NCBI GenBank assembly: GCA_049325335.1
Contig: JBMOMC010000002.1
Location: forward strand, 32,001 to 96,000
DNA: 64,000 nucleotides
Direction of reading: 5' to 3'
Origin: Nitrospirota bacterium
GTDB lineage: Bacteria > Nitrospirota > Nitrospiria > 2-01-FULL-66-17
Shown here: piece after piece, positions 20,209 to 29,932 of the stretch
How the letters are laid out: every line of letters begins with the position of its first letter
Numbering within the stretch: position 1 is the first letter of the stretch
The notes under the pieces: model-generated
The model's input: only the letters and a program-made list of their open reading frames with translations
Database searches by the model: none
Told to the model about the DNA's origin: nothing
Translations under genes and position numbers: made by a program

Positions 20209-20607
20209 GTGCAAGAGAACTTTGAAGCAATCAAGCAGGCCATTGCCGAACAACGCGTGCGGTTGGCGATCGTCAAACCGAAAGCGCGTCAATTATTGAT
20301 CTGGCCCACGGCGGACCAGAAACAGTGGGCCCCGTCGGGGCTGCAGTGGTTCTCGCGCGGGTTGGGCGCGCTGTTTATCGGGTCGTCGTTGACCGCCGCG
20401 TATGCGTGGGTGACCTGGGAGTTGATGCAGATGATTTTTTCCTGCACGATCAGCCTGGTGTCGTTGCGGTACCTGGATCGGATCGCGGCCCACCATACCC
20501 AGGACAAGGCCTTGTCGGACGAAGCGTTTTTTCACGCAGGTCGCGAATCGGGGTTGATCGAACTCGAACCCGTGACCGGCCGAGCGGAATCCCGCGGCTA
20601 CTCCTGA
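20209..20607 (+). CDS. Hypothetical membrane protein (2 TM)
   Basis: RBS GGAGG; two hydrophobic segments. Confidence 0.65.
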   Translation: MQENFEAIKQAIAEQRVRLAIVKPKARQLLIWPTADQKQWAPSGLQWFSRGLGALFIGSSLTAAYAWVTWELMQMIFSCTISLVSLRYLDRIAAHHTQDKALSDEAFFHAGRESGLIELEPVTGRAESRGYS

Positions 20608-21285
20608 TCACCCGCCGCAGAGGCGGTCGATCGGTTCCACGCGCGGGCCCTTGAGGTTGTCGCGCGCGGCGTCCGCGCAATCAAGACTCACCAAATACCG
20701 AACCAACTTGTCCAGCCCGGCGACGGTGAACGTCGCCTTGAAATGGGCGGGCATGGTGGATTCATCGGGCCGTTCGCGCTGCTCGAACCCCGGGACGATG
20801 AACGCGCTGGGGCGGAGGACGGACTCGCGGATGTATTCCTCGGGCGACCGAGCCGAAGCGCGGCCGGATCGGACCGCGGCTTGATACGCGGGGGAGGCCA
20901 TCCGGCGCTCCGCGGTGACCTTGGGGAGTAAGAGAGGTCCTTCGACCCCGGATTGCGCGGTGAGGATTCCCGGGATCTGGTGGCACACGCCGCAACCCAG
21001 TTTGGTGATCATTCGTTCTGGCGTGTCCTCGTCTTGCGCCACCACCGGTATCGATGCGGGCAACGTGTCAGAACCTGGAGTCGTCACGGGCCGCCCGGCT
21101 GGGATCGATATCGGCGCGGGCGGGGCGAACCACGCATGCCATGCCGCATACCCTCCGACCACCAGCGCGGCGGACCCGACTCCGAGCGTGAGCCAACGGT
21201 ACTCGGGGGTGCGAGCCGCGGTCGAGAGCAAGATGAGCGCCATCAGCAGAAACGGGACGGCGATCAGGACGGAGGTCATCAACAC
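20608..21285 (-). CDS. Membrane-anchored monoheme c-type cytochrome
   Basis: Two N-terminal TM helices, CGVCH, YIRESVLRPSAFIVPG, distal Met candidate in STMP. Confidence 0.8.
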   Translation of the reverse strand: MLMTSVLIAVPFLLMALILLSTAARTPEYRWLTLGVGSAALVVGGYAAWHAWFAPPAPISIPAGRPVTTPGSDTLPASIPVVAQDEDTPERMITKLGCGVCHQIPGILTAQSGVEGPLLLPKVTAERRMASPAYQAAVRSGRASARSPEEYIRESVLRPSAFIVPGFEQRERPDESTMPAHFKATFTVAGLDKLVRYLVSLDCADAARDNLKGPRVEPIDRLCGG

Positions 21286-21393
21286 ATCGCGTCGGTGGAC
21301 ATCGCGGGCGGGAACGATACCAGCGAGAGGGTGGTCGGGTCAATCGAGGCCGAACCGTCGCGTAAATGAGACGGTTCGGCCTCGGACCTAAGG

Positions 21394-22557
21394 TCAGGCC
21401 GGCGCGCGCATCGCGTCGATGAGGATCTGCGCGACCTCGGCGCGGGAGAACTCCGGGGGCGGCATTTGGCCCGTACTCAACATTTCCCGGACTTTGGTCC
21501 CGGAGAGCGCGACGTGGTTGGTCGGGTCGTGCGGGCAGGTCTTGGACGAGGCCATGCTCCCGCACGTTTTGCAGAAAAACGTGTTGTCGAAGAATAATGG
21601 CGTGATCCCCAGTTCGCCGTCCTTGAATTCCCCGAAAATGTGGTGAGCGTCGAACGACCCGTAGAAGTTGCCGACCCCCGCGTGATCGCGCCCTACGATA
21701 AAGTGGGTACACCCGTAGTTCTTACGCACCAGGGCGTGAAAGATCGCCTCGCGCGGTCCGGCGTAGCGCATGGCCGCCGGCAGCACCCCGAGCAGGGTCC
21801 GGTTCTTGGGGTAGTAGTTCGCCAGCAATGCCTGATAACAGCGCATCCGCACGTTCGCCGGAATGTCGTCGGATTTGGTTTCGCCCACCAATGGGTGGAT
21901 GAAGAGCCCGTCCACGATTTCGAGCGCGCATTTCTGGATGTACTCGTGCGCCCGATGAATGGGGTTTCGGGTCTGAAAACCCACCACGGTTTTCCAGCCC
22001 CGTTCCGCGAACGCCTTGCGGGTGTCCGCGGGGTCCAGGCGGTTCTCGTGAAAATCCGCGTGGGTTTGCCGTCGCAACACGTCGACTTTGCCGCCCAACA
22101 AGACCTCACCGCGTTTGAACAAGTAGTCGACGCCGGGATGCTTGCGATCTTCGGTGCGGTAGATCGAGCGCGCGGCTTGGGCCTTGTCGCGTTGGTAACG
22201 CTCTTCCAAGTGCAGGATCGCCACGATCGTCCCGCTCTCGTCGGTCAGGGCCGCGTCACGGCCGTCCTTCAGGGCTGCGGCCTGGCCGTGATCCACCGCC
22301 AGGATGATCGGCAGGCTCCACGGCAAACCGTTGGCCAGATGCATGGCGTCGCGCACGCTCTCGTAGTCCTTGCGTCCCATGAACCCTTCGATGGGGCTGT
22401 AGGCGCCGGTGGCGATCAAGTCGAGATCGGACCGTTCCCGCGCGTTCAGCGCGATCTTCGGCATGTCGGCGGCTCGGCGTTCTAGGTCGGCTTGTTGTTC
22501 GGGCGGGACCATTCGATTGATCAGGACGCCGCCGTGGGGGATGGATTGAATAGACAT
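21394..22557 (-). CDS. sat: Sulfate adenylyltransferase (homo-oligomeric Sat type)
   Basis: PHGG, FQTRNPIHRAHEY, MRYAGPREA, GRDHAGVG, LSGTKVR. Confidence 0.97.
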   Translation of the reverse strand: MSIQSIPHGGVLINRMVPPEQQADLERRAADMPKIALNARERSDLDLIATGAYSPIEGFMGRKDYESVRDAMHLANGLPWSLPIILAVDHGQAAALKDGRDAALTDESGTIVAILHLEERYQRDKAQAARSIYRTEDRKHPGVDYLFKRGEVLLGGKVDVLRRQTHADFHENRLDPADTRKAFAERGWKTVVGFQTRNPIHRAHEYIQKCALEIVDGLFIHPLVGETKSDDIPANVRMRCYQALLANYYPKNRTLLGVLPAAMRYAGPREAIFHALVRKNYGCTHFIVGRDHAGVGNFYGSFDAHHIFGEFKDGELGITPLFFDNTFFCKTCGSMASSKTCPHDPTNHVALSGTKVREMLSTGQMPPPEFSRAEVAQILIDAMRAPA

Positions 22558-22674
22558 CTGGTTGTGCTCCTTTCCGCGAACGCTTCTAATAAGAAGCCGA
22601 CACCCCGCGCGGGACGAGGTGTCGGTCAGTCGTCGGCTCTTGGATCGAGGCGCAGGGAGGTACGCCTCGACGAA

Positions 22675-25110
22675 TCAGGACGCCTTGTTCTCGATCACCA
22701 GCTTGTAGTGATCCCCTTCCTGCTCCATGGACACGACGCGGTAGCCGTCGGCCTTCACGCTGCGCGGCACGTTCTCGGCGGGCTCGCCCGCGTCCAACAA
22801 GACTTCGAGGATTTGCAGGGGATCCATTTCTTCCAATTGGAGCTTGGTTTTGACGTAGTTCATGGGACAGGCCACGCCCAACAGGTCCATTTTGATGGTC
22901 GGCGCGGTCGCGGGCTGAGCCGGAGTAGTCGAGGCGGATGGCGCCGGAGTCGTCTCCGCCTGCGAGCCCTGCGCGACCTTGAGCGAGGCGTCGATCTTGG
23001 CGAACGCGGTCCGGCACGCGTCCGCGAGCGCCTTGGCATCGGCCACGAACCGGCGGGCTTCGTCGAGGGTGATGTGCGATTTGACCGCCGCGCTCCGCTG
23101 GATCACGGCCTCGTACCGATCGCGCGGTACCACGCCCTTGTCCACCATGCGTTGCGAGAATTCCTTGAGCACCAATTCATGGCTGGTTGGCTCGATCGCT
23201 TGGGTCACCAACAATCCCTTGGCCGCGGCCACGATGCCCAGTTCAGCCCGCATCACCGCGTCAACGGGCTTGTGTTTCTCGATGAGCACGCTGGCGTGCG
23301 CCAATTCGTACTTGGAGTCTTCCAAGTGTTGTTCCACCATGTTAATGACGCCGCCTGCGCACTCGCCCGCGCCCGCATCCTCCAAGGAGAACGGGGTGTA
23401 GGCCCCGTAGTCCAGGTACTGCGACGGCGCGTCCGCGTGGGACGGCAAGGTGGTGTACGGTTCGAGCGCGGCCGTGATCGGGGCTTTGCCCACGCGGTCC
23501 ACGAACGCGGTGAACGATTCGCCGGCTTGACGGTGATCGCGGTAGTACTCCAAGAGCGCGTCCACGACTTCCGGGAGTCGTTTGGCCGGGTACTTACCGC
23601 CCGGCAGACCGAACGCCACGCCGTGATCCGTGGATCGGCCGCCCAGGTGCAACTGGTACGCAGGGATCAACTGCCCGTCGATGCGGTGCCCGAGGCCGTG
23701 GAACCCGATTGACGCGATGTGATGTTGGGCGCAGGAGTTGGGGCACCCGCTGACTTTGATGTCGATGCCCTTGAGGTCCTCGGCAAAAGCCTTGCCGTTG
23801 TGCGCCAATTGTTCACTGAGCGCGAGCCCGACCCCCTTGGACGAGGTGATGCCCAGACCGCAGGTGTCGGCGCCGGGGCACGTGACCACGTCGCCGACGC
23901 GGTCGGCGCCCGGCGTGCCCAACCCGATCGCGGTGAGCGCCTCGTGCAGCACGAGCAAATCCGCGTCCGCCACCCAGCGCAGGAGAAAGTTCTGAGTCAC
24001 GGTGACCCGAATGCTGCCGTGCGCGAACCGCTCCGTGATGTCGGCCAAACCGCGCAATTGCGCCGTGGTCAAGTCCCCGATCGGCAACGTGACCAATGCC
24101 GCGGAGTAGCCGGCCTGTTTTTGCGGTTTCACGTTGGTGGCCTGCCACGCCTCGAACGCGTGCGAGCGCGACCCGTTGGACGGCGGGCGCTTGGACCCGT
24201 TGGTGGGCACCGGCTCCGACATCGGTGCGAACGCGGCCAGCGTCGCGGCGTCGCGGCCTTCGCATACGAACGCGTACTCCTCAGCGTACATGGCGTAGAA
24301 CTTCTCGAATCCGCCTTTTTCAATCAGGAACTTGAGTCGGGCCAGGCTGCGGTTCTTACGGTTGCCGTGGCGGTTGAACACCCGGAGCACGGCTTCACAA
24401 CGCGGGCGCAACTCCGACGCGGGCACCCACTCTTCCAGCAGATAGGGTCGTTTGGGGCTGGGCCCCAAGCCGCCGCCGACCGTGAGCCGGAATCCGATCT
24501 CTTCGCGGCCGTTCACCGTGCGTTTCACGGCCAACACGCCGAAGTCATGGATGCCGGTGAGCGCGCAATCGCTCGCGCAGCCCGAAAACGCGATCTTGAA
24601 CTTGCGGGGCAGATTCTCGCACACGGGGTTGCGCAGAAAATGCATGGCCACGCCGTGGGCGTAGGGCGTCACGTCCACCACTTCGTCGCGGCAAATGCCC
24701 GCGTAGGGACAGGCGGTGACGTTGCGGACCGTGTTGCCGCACGCCTCGCGGGTGGTCAGGCCCACCTCCGCGAGTTGCCGCATGATCGCGGCGGTGTATT
24801 CGAGTTTGATGTAGTGGAGCTGAATGTCTTGGCGCGTAGTCAGGTGGGCCACGCCTCGTGAGTAGCGATCGCCGATGTCCGCGACGCGACGAAGTTGAGG
24901 CGCGGTCATCCCGCCGAACGGGATCTTGATGCGCACCATCTGCACGCCGTCTTGCCGTTGGCCGTAGATGCCGTGTTGCAACCGGAACCGTCGAAAGACC
25001 TCGGGATGGATCTCGCCGCGCAGGAAACGCTGCGTTTCCTGTTCGTAGTTGGCGATCTCCTCCTCGATGTCAGGAGGAATGGTGTGCGTCGCGATTGTTG
25101 CCTGTGCCAT
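22675..25110 (-). CDS. Siroheme sulfite reductase fused to a HEPN-like helical domain and a C-terminal TusA/SirA sulfur carrier
   Basis: GIYGQRQ, TTRQDIQ, EACGNTVRN, LPRKFK, CPGADTC, SGCPNSC; C-terminal MDLLGVACPMNYVK. Confidence 0.92.
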   Translation of the reverse strand: MAQATIATHTIPPDIEEEIANYEQETQRFLRGEIHPEVFRRFRLQHGIYGQRQDGVQMVRIKIPFGGMTAPQLRRVADIGDRYSRGVAHLTTRQDIQLHYIKLEYTAAIMRQLAEVGLTTREACGNTVRNVTACPYAGICRDEVVDVTPYAHGVAMHFLRNPVCENLPRKFKIAFSGCASDCALTGIHDFGVLAVKRTVNGREEIGFRLTVGGGLGPSPKRPYLLEEWVPASELRPRCEAVLRVFNRHGNRKNRSLARLKFLIEKGGFEKFYAMYAEEYAFVCEGRDAATLAAFAPMSEPVPTNGSKRPPSNGSRSHAFEAWQATNVKPQKQAGYSAALVTLPIGDLTTAQLRGLADITERFAHGSIRVTVTQNFLLRWVADADLLVLHEALTAIGLGTPGADRVGDVVTCPGADTCGLGITSSKGVGLALSEQLAHNGKAFAEDLKGIDIKVSGCPNSCAQHHIASIGFHGLGHRIDGQLIPAYQLHLGGRSTDHGVAFGLPGGKYPAKRLPEVVDALLEYYRDHRQAGESFTAFVDRVGKAPITAALEPYTTLPSHADAPSQYLDYGAYTPFSLEDAGAGECAGGVINMVEQHLEDSKYELAHASVLIEKHKPVDAVMRAELGIVAAAKGLLVTQAIEPTSHELVLKEFSQRMVDKGVVPRDRYEAVIQRSAAVKSHITLDEARRFVADAKALADACRTAFAKIDASLKVAQGSQAETTPAPSASTTPAQPATAPTIKMDLLGVACPMNYVKTKLQLEEMDPLQILEVLLDAGEPAENVPRSVKADGYRVVSMEQEGDHYKLVIENKAS

Positions 25111-25133
25111 GCGTGGTTCCTCCCGCGAACGGG

Positions 25134-25880
25134 TCAGCGGCTGGCCGTCGCCTTGGACCCGCTGTGCAACCCGCACTCTTTATGTTCCGGTGACTCCCAC
25201 CACCACCGGCCCGCCCGGACATCCTCGCCGGGTTTGATCGCGCGCGTGCACGGCGCGCAGCCGATGCTGGGGAATCCCTGATCGTGCAGCTTATTATAGG
25301 GCACTTTATTGGTTTTGATGTACTCCCACACCTGGGACTCGGACCAGTGGATCAAGGGGTTGAGCTTGGCGATGCCGTTGTGCCCGGCGTCGTGCTCGAT
25401 CATCGGCATGTCCGCGCGCGTGACGGCTTGGGCGCTTCGCAGTCCCGTGATCCACGCTCGCAACCCGGAGAGGGCCCGACCCAGGGGCTCGACCTTGCGC
25501 ACACCGCAGCACTCCTTGCGGTTCTCGATGCTTTGATAGAACAGGTTCACGCCCTTGGCTCGCACCATGGACTCGACCGCCGGGGCCTGCGGGAAGTAGG
25601 TCTCGATCGACACGCCGTAGCGATCCCGGACCGCGTCCATGACCTCGTAGGTCTCCGAGTGCAGGCGTCCGGTGTCCAAACAGAAGATCCTGGGCGTTCG
25701 GTGGAGTTTACACAACATGTCGACCAGCACCACGTCTTCCGCGCCGAAGCTGCACGCGAGCGAGACCTGCGAACCGAACTCGTTGAGCGCCCACTTGAGC
25801 ACGACTTCGGCCGGTTGCACGGTGTATTGTTGGTTCAAGGTTTTGAGTTGTTCTTGCGTGTACAACGTAGCGGTGCTCAT
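25134..25880 (-). CDS. cysH: Assimilatory APS reductase (CysH, Fe-S type)
   Basis: SFGAED, DTGRL, ECCGVRKVEPL, SIGCAPCT, GRWWWE, KECGLH. Confidence 0.95.
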   Translation of the reverse strand: MSTATLYTQEQLKTLNQQYTVQPAEVVLKWALNEFGSQVSLACSFGAEDVVLVDMLCKLHRTPRIFCLDTGRLHSETYEVMDAVRDRYGVSIETYFPQAPAVESMVRAKGVNLFYQSIENRKECCGVRKVEPLGRALSGLRAWITGLRSAQAVTRADMPMIEHDAGHNGIAKLNPLIHWSESQVWEYIKTNKVPYNKLHDQGFPSIGCAPCTRAIKPGEDVRAGRWWWESPEHKECGLHSGSKATASR

Positions 25881-25970
25881 CGGGACGTCAGCTCCTCAAT
25901 CGTCATGGTTCTGGTGAGTAGAATATGACCGGGTCGGGGTCATCGCCTATCTTGCTTCAGTTGTGAGACT

Positions 25971-25993
25971 ATTCCAACTAGTTTACTCAGAAT
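25971..25993. promoter_or_regulatory. Putative Rrf2 (CymR/IscR-like) operator
   Basis: Imperfect AT-rich palindrome ATTCCAACTAGTTTACTCAGAAT at the predicted transcription start of the cys operon. Confidence 0.5.
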
Positions 25994-25999
25994 CTGTTC

Positions 26000-26029
26000 A
26001 CTATAAATGGCCCCTGAACGGCCTGTCAA
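26000..26029 (-). promoter_or_regulatory. Putative sigma70 promoter of the cysH-sir-sat operon
   Basis: TTGACA-18 bp-TATAGT on the minus strand. Confidence 0.65.
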
Positions 26030-26142
26030 GGCCACTTATAGCCCGCGGCGCGATCTGCATCGGAACGGTTCCTTGTCAACAAACCGACTCGTTTGTTATT
26101 GTTATTCTCCGTGCGGAACTTGTGAGGTAATCCGTCAACAAC

Positions 26143-27453
26143 ATGCCTTGGTATTCCATACTCGTCATTTTGGCGTTGGTTTTGGCGAACGGGTTTTTTG
26201 CGGCCGCTGAGATTGCGATCCTGACGGTTCGCAAAAGCCGCATCCTGCACCTGGTCGAAGCCGGGAAGCATCGCGCCAAAGACGTACAACGGCTTCAGGC
26301 GGATCCGGAACGGTTTCTGGCCACGATCCAGATCGGTATCACCGTGATCAGCGCATTGGCCGGCGCGGTGGGCGGCGTGACCGCGATTGAGAACATCAAA
26401 CCCTACCTGGAACAGATTTCGAACCCGTTGCTGCGGAGCGCAAGCGAAGGCATCGCGTTGACCATTGTGGTGGCGTCGATTTCGTATTTGTCGCTGGTCT
26501 TCGGGGAGTTGGTGCCCAAGTCCCTGGCCTTGCGGTATCCGGAGCAGATCGCGTTGTGGGTGGCGTGGCCGATCGACGCGCTGTCTCGATTCTCGTCGGT
26601 GGTGGTCAAGGTCCTGACGTGGTCCAGCCGGCTGATTCTGCGGCCGCTCGGCGCGCACTCAAAGCCCGCGTTCTTCCCCGAGGAAGAGATCAAAAGCCTC
26701 TTGATCGAAGGGCGAGAGACCGGGGCGATCGATCGGACCGAACAGGAGTTGATCCATTCGGTATTCGAGTTCGCCGACATCTCGGTCAAGGAAGTCATGG
26801 TCCCTCCGCCCAAGATCCACGCGATCAAACTCGATACCCCGCAGGAAGCGGTGCTGGCTGATATTACGGAGAACAAGTTTTCCCGGTATCCGGTGTACCG
26901 CGAAGAGCTCAACGACATTTGCGGCGTGGTGTATACCAAGGACATTCTCGACGCCATGGTGCGGCGGCGACCGATCGACATCAAGACCCTGATGCACCCC
27001 GCGTATTTTGTCCCCGAGAGTATGAAGGTGAGCCACCTGTTGCAGGAGATGCAGCGCCGGCACACCCAGATGGCGATTGTGGTCAACGAGTATGGGACGG
27101 TCGAGGGCTTGGCGACCATGGAAGATCTGATTGAAGAGATCGTGGGCGAGATTCGGGACGAATACGACTTGGAAGAGCGTCCGGTGGAGCGGCTCAAAGA
27201 CGGATCATTCGTGGTGGACGCATCCCTCTCGGTCCGGGATTTGAACGAAGAGTATGGCTTGCCGATTCCGGAGTCCCCGCTGTACGAGACGTTGGGAGGC
27301 TTTGTCATGGCGCAGTTGCAGAACATCCCCCGCAGCGGAGCCATCACCCACCACAATCAGCTCAAGTACACGATCGTGGATATGGAAGGCCGGCGGATCA
27401 TGAAAGTGAAGATCGAAAAGGTGCCGGGCTACGAGAAGACGGCGGTGTCGTAG
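26143..27453 (+). CDS. CNNM/CorB-like (DUF21-CBS-CorC_HlyC) membrane protein
   Basis: NGFFAAAE, QIGIT, FGELVPKS, SRYPVY, EDLIEEIVGEIRDEYD. Confidence 0.93.
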   Translation: MPWYSILVILALVLANGFFAAAEIAILTVRKSRILHLVEAGKHRAKDVQRLQADPERFLATIQIGITVISALAGAVGGVTAIENIKPYLEQISNPLLRSASEGIALTIVVASISYLSLVFGELVPKSLALRYPEQIALWVAWPIDALSRFSSVVVKVLTWSSRLILRPLGAHSKPAFFPEEEIKSLLIEGRETGAIDRTEQELIHSVFEFADISVKEVMVPPPKIHAIKLDTPQEAVLADITENKFSRYPVYREELNDICGVVYTKDILDAMVRRRPIDIKTLMHPAYFVPESMKVSHLLQEMQRRHTQMAIVVNEYGTVEGLATMEDLIEEIVGEIRDEYDLEERPVERLKDGSFVVDASLSVRDLNEEYGLPIPESPLYETLGGFVMAQLQNIPRSGAITHHNQLKYTIVDMEGRRIMKVKIEKVPGYEKTAVS

Positions 27454-27458
27454 CTATG

Positions 27459-27579
27459 AGCCTGTCCATGAGCGGCCATCTGCGGCGTTGCTGCTGCGCT
27501 TCCGGTCCTCACGTACGACTCAGTACGCTCCGGTCCGGTTCTCGCAGCGCCTTGCATCTGGCGCGCTCCTGAACAGGCT
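27459..27579. mobile_element. MITE/REP-like non-autonomous repeat, copy 2 (121 bp)
   Basis: Terminal inverted repeats AGCCTGTCCA...TGAACAGGCT; matches 7559-7725; lies between convergent genes. Confidence 0.75.
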
Positions 27580-27600
27580 CCGCCCTGCTTTGCAGGGCGG

Positions 27601-28470
27601 TTAAGGCTTGAACCCCTCCAACATTGCGCCGACGAACTCTTGGTATCGGCGTCGCAGGGCGAGTGTAGCCTGTCCCGGTTGTCCCGATCCGACGTGACGC
27701 CCGTCTACTCGGGTGACCGGTAGTACCTCCATCCCCGTGCTGGTCAGCAAAACCTCGTCGGCTTCCCGGAGCTGATCCGGAGTCAGCCGATCTTCGGCTG
27801 ACTTGATCCCATCGCGGCGCGCTAGATCCAACACCACCTCGCGGGTGATGCCTTGGAGGATGCCGTCGGAGAGCGGCGGGGTGTGAAGTGTGCCGTTCTT
27901 GACGCAGAAGACATTGCTCACCGTGCCTTCCGCGACGTGCCCCGACTCGGTGCACAACACGGCTTCATCCGCGCCCTGTCCGGAGGCCTCGCGTTTGGCT
28001 TGGACGTGCGCCAGCAGGCTCAGTGATTTGACCGACGGGGTCAGCGCGGCGGGACGGAGGCGGGTGTTGGCGAGGATGACGATCGAGGCTCCGGATCGGT
28101 ACAACTGATCCGGGTACCCCGCGAACGGCTGCTCCACGATGACCACCGTGGGAGTGCCGTCGTGCCGAACGTCCCAGCCCGTGGTGACGCCCCTGGTGAC
28201 GGTGGTGCGAACCAGAGCCTCCGGGAGCTCATTCCGCTCGATGAGATCGCGGATCGTCCCGGCGAGCGCCGAAGCCGTCGGCAATGGGGCGATCCCCAGC
28301 GCGGTTGCGCCCTCGATCAGGCGCGCAAGGTGCCGGTCGATCAGAAACGGTTGCCCCCGATACACGCGGAGCGTGTCGAAGACCCCGTCGCCGTATCGAA
28401 ACCCGCGGTCGTGGACCGAGACCACCGCCTCGCGGTCAGGGACGAACGTTCCGTTGACCACGGCCCACAC
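27601..28470 (-). CDS. Class IV PLP aminotransferase, probable 4-amino-4-deoxychorismate lyase (PabC-like)
   Basis: DRGFRYGDGVFDTLR, VKS, EGTVSNVF, LQGITR; directly downstream of the pabB-like gene. Confidence 0.85.
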   Translation of the reverse strand: MWAVVNGTFVPDREAVVSVHDRGFRYGDGVFDTLRVYRGQPFLIDRHLARLIEGATALGIAPLPTASALAGTIRDLIERNELPEALVRTTVTRGVTTGWDVRHDGTPTVVIVEQPFAGYPDQLYRSGASIVILANTRLRPAALTPSVKSLSLLAHVQAKREASGQGADEAVLCTESGHVAEGTVSNVFCVKNGTLHTPPLSDGILQGITREVVLDLARRDGIKSAEDRLTPDQLREADEVLLTSTGMEVLPVTRVDGRHVGSGQPGQATLALRRRYQEFVGAMLEGFKP

Positions 28471-28474
28471 CGGA

Positions 28475-29932
28475 TCAACCCACCGCGTCGATCAAGGCCT
28501 GGGCTTTATACAAGGTCTCGCGGTACTCCTTCTCCGGGTCTGAGTCCGCCACGATCCCCGCGCCGGTGTAGAACGACAGCTCGCCGCGTGTTCGCGTCAA
28601 CGTGCGGATCACAATGTTCCAATCCATGTGGCCCGACCACGACACGTAGCCGATGGACCCGGTGTACAACCCGCGCGACACGGGCTCCAGTTCGTCGATG
28701 ATTTCCATGCAGCGGATCTTGGGCACGCCGGTCACGGTCCCGCCGGGGAACACCGCATCCAACACGTCGAAGCCCGTCGCGCCCTCCCGGAGCAGGCCGC
28801 GGATATTGGACACGATGTGGATGACGTGCGAGTACCGCTCCGTGACCATCAGCTCATCCACCTTGACCGATCCGTACGCGCACACTCGGCCCAGATCGTT
28901 GCGCTCCAGATCCACCAACATCAGGTGTTCGGCGCGTTCCTTGGGGTTGAGCAACAAATCGGCCGTGAGATCGTCGTCATCGGTCGGGGTCGCGCCGCGG
29001 GGCCTGGTGCCCGCGATGGGACGGGTTTCCACCTCGCGGCCGGACACCTTGACCAGGCGTTCGGGCGATGAGCAGATGATTTCGGTCTCGCCAAGGTCCA
29101 CAAACGCCGCGAACGGGGCGGGGTTAATGGTACGCAGGCGCCGATACACGTCCAACCCGTCGCCGTGATGCGTGGCCGTGAATCGCTGCGCCAGATTCGC
29201 CTGGAAGATATCGCCCGCCGCGATATAGTCCTTGGCGCGGTCCACCATTGCGCAATACGCCTCGCGCGACATGCCGGCAACGATCGAGGCTGCGGGCGCG
29301 GTCGGGCTCACGTGTTCCGCGCTGAGGCCACGCGTCACCGCGCCGAGAAAGTCCCTCAGCCTGGTGCGGCCCTCTTCCAGCAGCCGCGCGCGCGGCTCAG
29401 CCGCAAATCGCTCGGGAGACGGACAAAACGACGCGGTAAACGTACGCTCAACGTGATCGAACGCGCCCACGAGATCGAACAACATCCAATGCAGGTCCGG
29501 AAAGAAGTCGGTCCGATCGTGTGGTGCGCCGCGTCGGTGCCGTTGCGAGAGCCTGTACCCCAAGCATCCGATCGCGCCCCCGATAAACGGCGGTGCCCCG
29601 GGCGGCGCGGCCACGGCGCCCGGCAGCATCTGGTCAAACACGGCGGCCAGGGGATCAACCGTCGGCGTGGTCGTGGTTTCGCCGGACGTTGACGTCCAGC
29701 GGGTCAACGCGCCGTGTTGGGCCGTGACAGTCTGATACGGCGCGCCGCCGATGAACGAGTACCGTCCCAGCGCTCCGCGACCGGCTCGGCTCCCACTCTC
29801 CAGGAGAAACGACGGCGCTGCCGCGCGGATAGCGGAGTACGCATCCACCGGCGCGAGATCCCCAAGTGGAATCGTCGCCAACAGCGGAACCGGCACGCGC
29901 GCGTCCAGAAACCGGGCTTCATTGGTCAACAC
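28475..29932 (-). CDS. Chorismate-binding enzyme, ADC synthase (PabB)/anthranilate synthase component I family
   Basis: LLES, GDIFQANL, SSPERL, RPIAGTRPRG, KERAEHLMLVDLERNDLG, TGVPKIR; start may be GTG 29932 or ATG 30007. Confidence 0.9.
   Translation of the reverse strand: MLTNEARFLDARVPVPLLATIPLGDLAPVDAYSAIRAAAPSFLLESGSRAGRGALGRYSFIGGAPYQTVTAQHGALTRWTSTSGETTTTPTVDPLAAVFDQMLPGAVAAPPGAPPFIGGAIGCLGYRLSQRHRRGAPHDRTDFFPDLHWMLFDLVGAFDHVERTFTASFCPSPERFAAEPRARLLEEGRTRLRDFLGAVTRGLSAEHVSPTAPAASIVAGMSREAYCAMVDRAKDYIAAGDIFQANLAQRFTATHHGDGLDVYRRLRTINPAPFAAFVDLGETEIICSSPERLVKVSGREVETRPIAGTRPRGATPTDDDDLTADLLLNPKERAEHLMLVDLERNDLGRVCAYGSVKVDELMVTERYSHVIHIVSNIRGLLREGATGFDVLDAVFPGGTVTGVPKIRCMEIIDELEPVSRGLYTGSIGYVSWSGHMDWNIVIRTLTRTRGELSFYTGAGIVADSDPEKEYRETLYKAQALIDAVG

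Noticed and set aside
21394..25880. Dissimilatory sulfate reduction
   Set aside because: Sat is with CysH and an assimilatory-type sulfite reductase; no aprAB or dsrAB in the window.
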